Shown: positions 61,942 to 64,000 of the stretch, in pieces
Numbering within the stretch: the first letter of the stretch is position 1
How the letters are laid out: the number at the start of each line of letters is the position of its first letter
DNA from: Botryllus schlosseri
Lineage: Eukaryota
NCBI GenBank assembly: GCA_051294905.1
Contig: CM119373.1
Coordinates: 25,420,001 to 25,484,000, forward strand
DNA length: 64,000 nt
Direction of reading: 5' to 3'
Program-made: the position numbers and the translations under genes
Notes under the pieces: model-generated
What the model saw: only the letters and a program-made list of their open reading frames with translations
Told to the model about the DNA's origin: nothing
Database searches by the model: none

Positions 61942-63238
61942 TAGTGCTTCTCAACCGGTGGGTTGCGAAGCTAATTCAGGTGGGCCGCGATGACGTTCTA
62001 ACTGTAACACTTTCGTATTCACTTTTCCAACTCTTTTAGACACTTTATATTCTCAAGATTAGAAGAGGTAATGCACATTCTCCTCCTCCAAATTAAATTG
62101 TTTTACGCCCATGAGCGCCACAAGTCACGTTGCCTTGCTCACAATAATTCGTGAGCCAGATTTTCGTCACATTTATATTCATTGGAGCGTGAAATTCGAC
62201 AGTGCGTTATTGTGCATGCGTGAGATTGAAATTCACTCTATATGCAAACGTTGATCGGGAAATGTAGCAATCCAGCGCGATTTGTCGTTATAATCAGCAA
62301 ACAACTGCCGCGACGCAAGTTACTCATAACTCGTAAAGACGAATGGCTGATTGGATACGCGCTTTCTCGTCTGTTTTTGTTTGGTGTTTTTCTACTACAA
62401 TGGCCATTTACACCAGACCGATATTATTTATTATGATTCCGCATCTGACGACTTGGAGCACGGTCTACTCCCAGACTTTTTTAAAACACCGTTTAAGCAG
62501 ATAGGATGATGAGGAGTCTAGATAAGCGTTTAACGTCTGTAATCATCTGTTACATGCATGACCTTAACTGCCCCACCCCAATCGGTGCATCGAGCTTGAA
62601 GAGGGGCCAAAATTATCTCATGAATTAACATAAATTATTGAGTATTTGTTTGGAGAGTTATTGAACTTCTTTCAAATTTTCTTCGCACTTGGCGCGAATT
62701 GGCATTGTTAGATGTCTTGGTTTTAATAGCGGTATACCCATCTCCATAATAGAATAATACGCATAATTTATAGAAATAGGTCATTCGGTGTCGGCCATTA
62801 CCGCGCCACGACACACCAAGACATATGAAGTTTCGGCCTACATGCGACTCCGCGAATTTCGCAGCCAAAAAGGTCGACAGTGAGAAAACCTCTGCCGAAA
62901 AGGATCGAGTCCTTCGGTATATGTATGTATGCCTAATTGTCCATGGACTATATACGGTAGGTGCCTAATGGATGTCTCAAAATATCGCTGTCACAAAAAA
63001 ATTCATAGTAGGCTAGTATATGTAATTGGCAATATCTTTGACCGAATGCCATCATGAATTCCAGAAAATATTCACGTTAGGCGCGACTATAGATAACTGT
63101 AACACACTGTCAACATAGAAACTGGTACCCACGAGCAGTGGTTTAAATGTAAATCGCAAAAGGGCGTCTAGTGGGTCGCGCAATGAAATTCGAACGAAAA
63201 GTGGGTCGCGAACTGAAAAAGGTTGAGAAGCAGCAGTG
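61942..63238 (+). mobile_element. hAT/Charlie-type element (~1.3 kb) nested in another Charlie-type end
   Basis: TAGTGCTTCTCAACC / GGTTGAGAAGCA(GCAG)TG ends. Flanks CCCTAGGG / CCCTAGGT. Confidence 0.6.
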
Positions 63239-63643
63239 CCCTAGGTTGTACCATAATTTCTAAAGGGTGTACCACTCAGATGTGGTGTACTTGGGTGTAC
63301 CAGATACGCATCACAATGGACCGATGACTAGCTATAAATATGCAAGTTTATGCTTCAGAACAGGTTGAACGAATGTGCAATATTGCATAATGTTCATATC
63401 AACTGTATGCAGCTTGCAAATTACATTCCTTTTGTGATGTTATAAGCAAATGTTTCTCCTCGTCATTCAACCTTTGGTTATGGACTCATTGGTTCCTTTT
63501 GGAGTGAAACAGGGTGTAGTTAACATGTGTTCAGGTTGCGACATCTATCTATAATGCCGCCGCGATATCTCAGATATTTTGAATTCGCACTTCCTGCGAC
63601 AAGCTTATGAATAGCGCAGTGTACATAATTGCAGGGGCGTAGC

Positions 63644-63836
63644 CAATGTTCCCTCTAAGCTGCGCACGTGCGCAAATGCGCAGTGCTTTCACGGTCTCTG
63701 CGCACATAAAATCCAAGTTGCGCACAAAAAATCCGAAGTGATGACCTTTTTTTAGTCGTTACGCACTGTTTTCCAAGGGTCTGCGCTGTGAGTTGGTGAG
63801 TGTGCGCAGACCCGTCAAAAATTATAGGGATCATTG
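63644..63836 (+). mobile_element. 193-bp hAT-type MITE
   Basis: TIRs CAATGTTCCCT.TAA / TTATAGGGATCATTG. Perfect 8-bp TSD GGCGTAGC (63636-63643, 63837-63844). It sits inside a CAGGGGCGTAGCC motif that looks like another element's terminus. Confidence 0.88.
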
Positions 63837-64000
63837 GGCGTAGCCAGGCTCTCGGGGTCGAGTTTGAGATGGTAGCCTGGTAACCTCGAATCCTGCGGAC
63901 GTACGGCCGCATGCAGCCGTAAAGCGATAATTATGCGGCCGTCTACGCATAATTAAATTTACGTGTGTTGGTGGCCGTCGATATGCAATTTGAATTTATG

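Noticed and set aside
1-64000. rRNA, true tRNA genes, prokaryotic operons or an intact DNA transposase
   Set aside because: I saw no rRNA signature, complete cloverleaf, Shine-Dalgarno-linked gene string or DDE transposase ORF. All hAT and EnSpm elements here appear non-autonomous.

Overview
AT-rich, intron-containing eukaryotic DNA, probably from a marine invertebrate or invertebrate chordate (judged from the transposon families and short introns; species not determinable). Most of the window is mobile DNA, often nested. (1) A full-length, apparently intact I/Nimb-clade LINE (4721-10153, minus, 12-bp TSD), plus a 5'-truncated relative at 53374-54006. (2) A decayed BEL/Pao LTR retrotransposon (18431-31749, minus), split exactly at YDPL|GLA by a 6.2-kb CACTG-ended EnSpm/CMC-type element. 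That element carries an intact 7-exon SAMD3-like accessory gene and no transposase. (3) A second 6.6-kb EnSpm-type element with CCCAG ends (42188-48753) carrying a decayed DUF4806-like gene and several nested MITEs. (4) Many hAT-type MITEs with 8-bp TSDs, including one inserted backwards into a copy of itself and a 619-bp fold-back element. The only clear host genes are two divergent paralogs (16023-17309 and about 57148-60027). Both encode a ZU5-like domain ending in the PIDD1-type HFS autoproteolysis motif, then a UPA-like beta region, then a Gly/Asn/His-rich RHIM-like segment where a death domain would normally sit. This is the most interesting candidate system. All domain calls are by eye from motifs; no database search was run.
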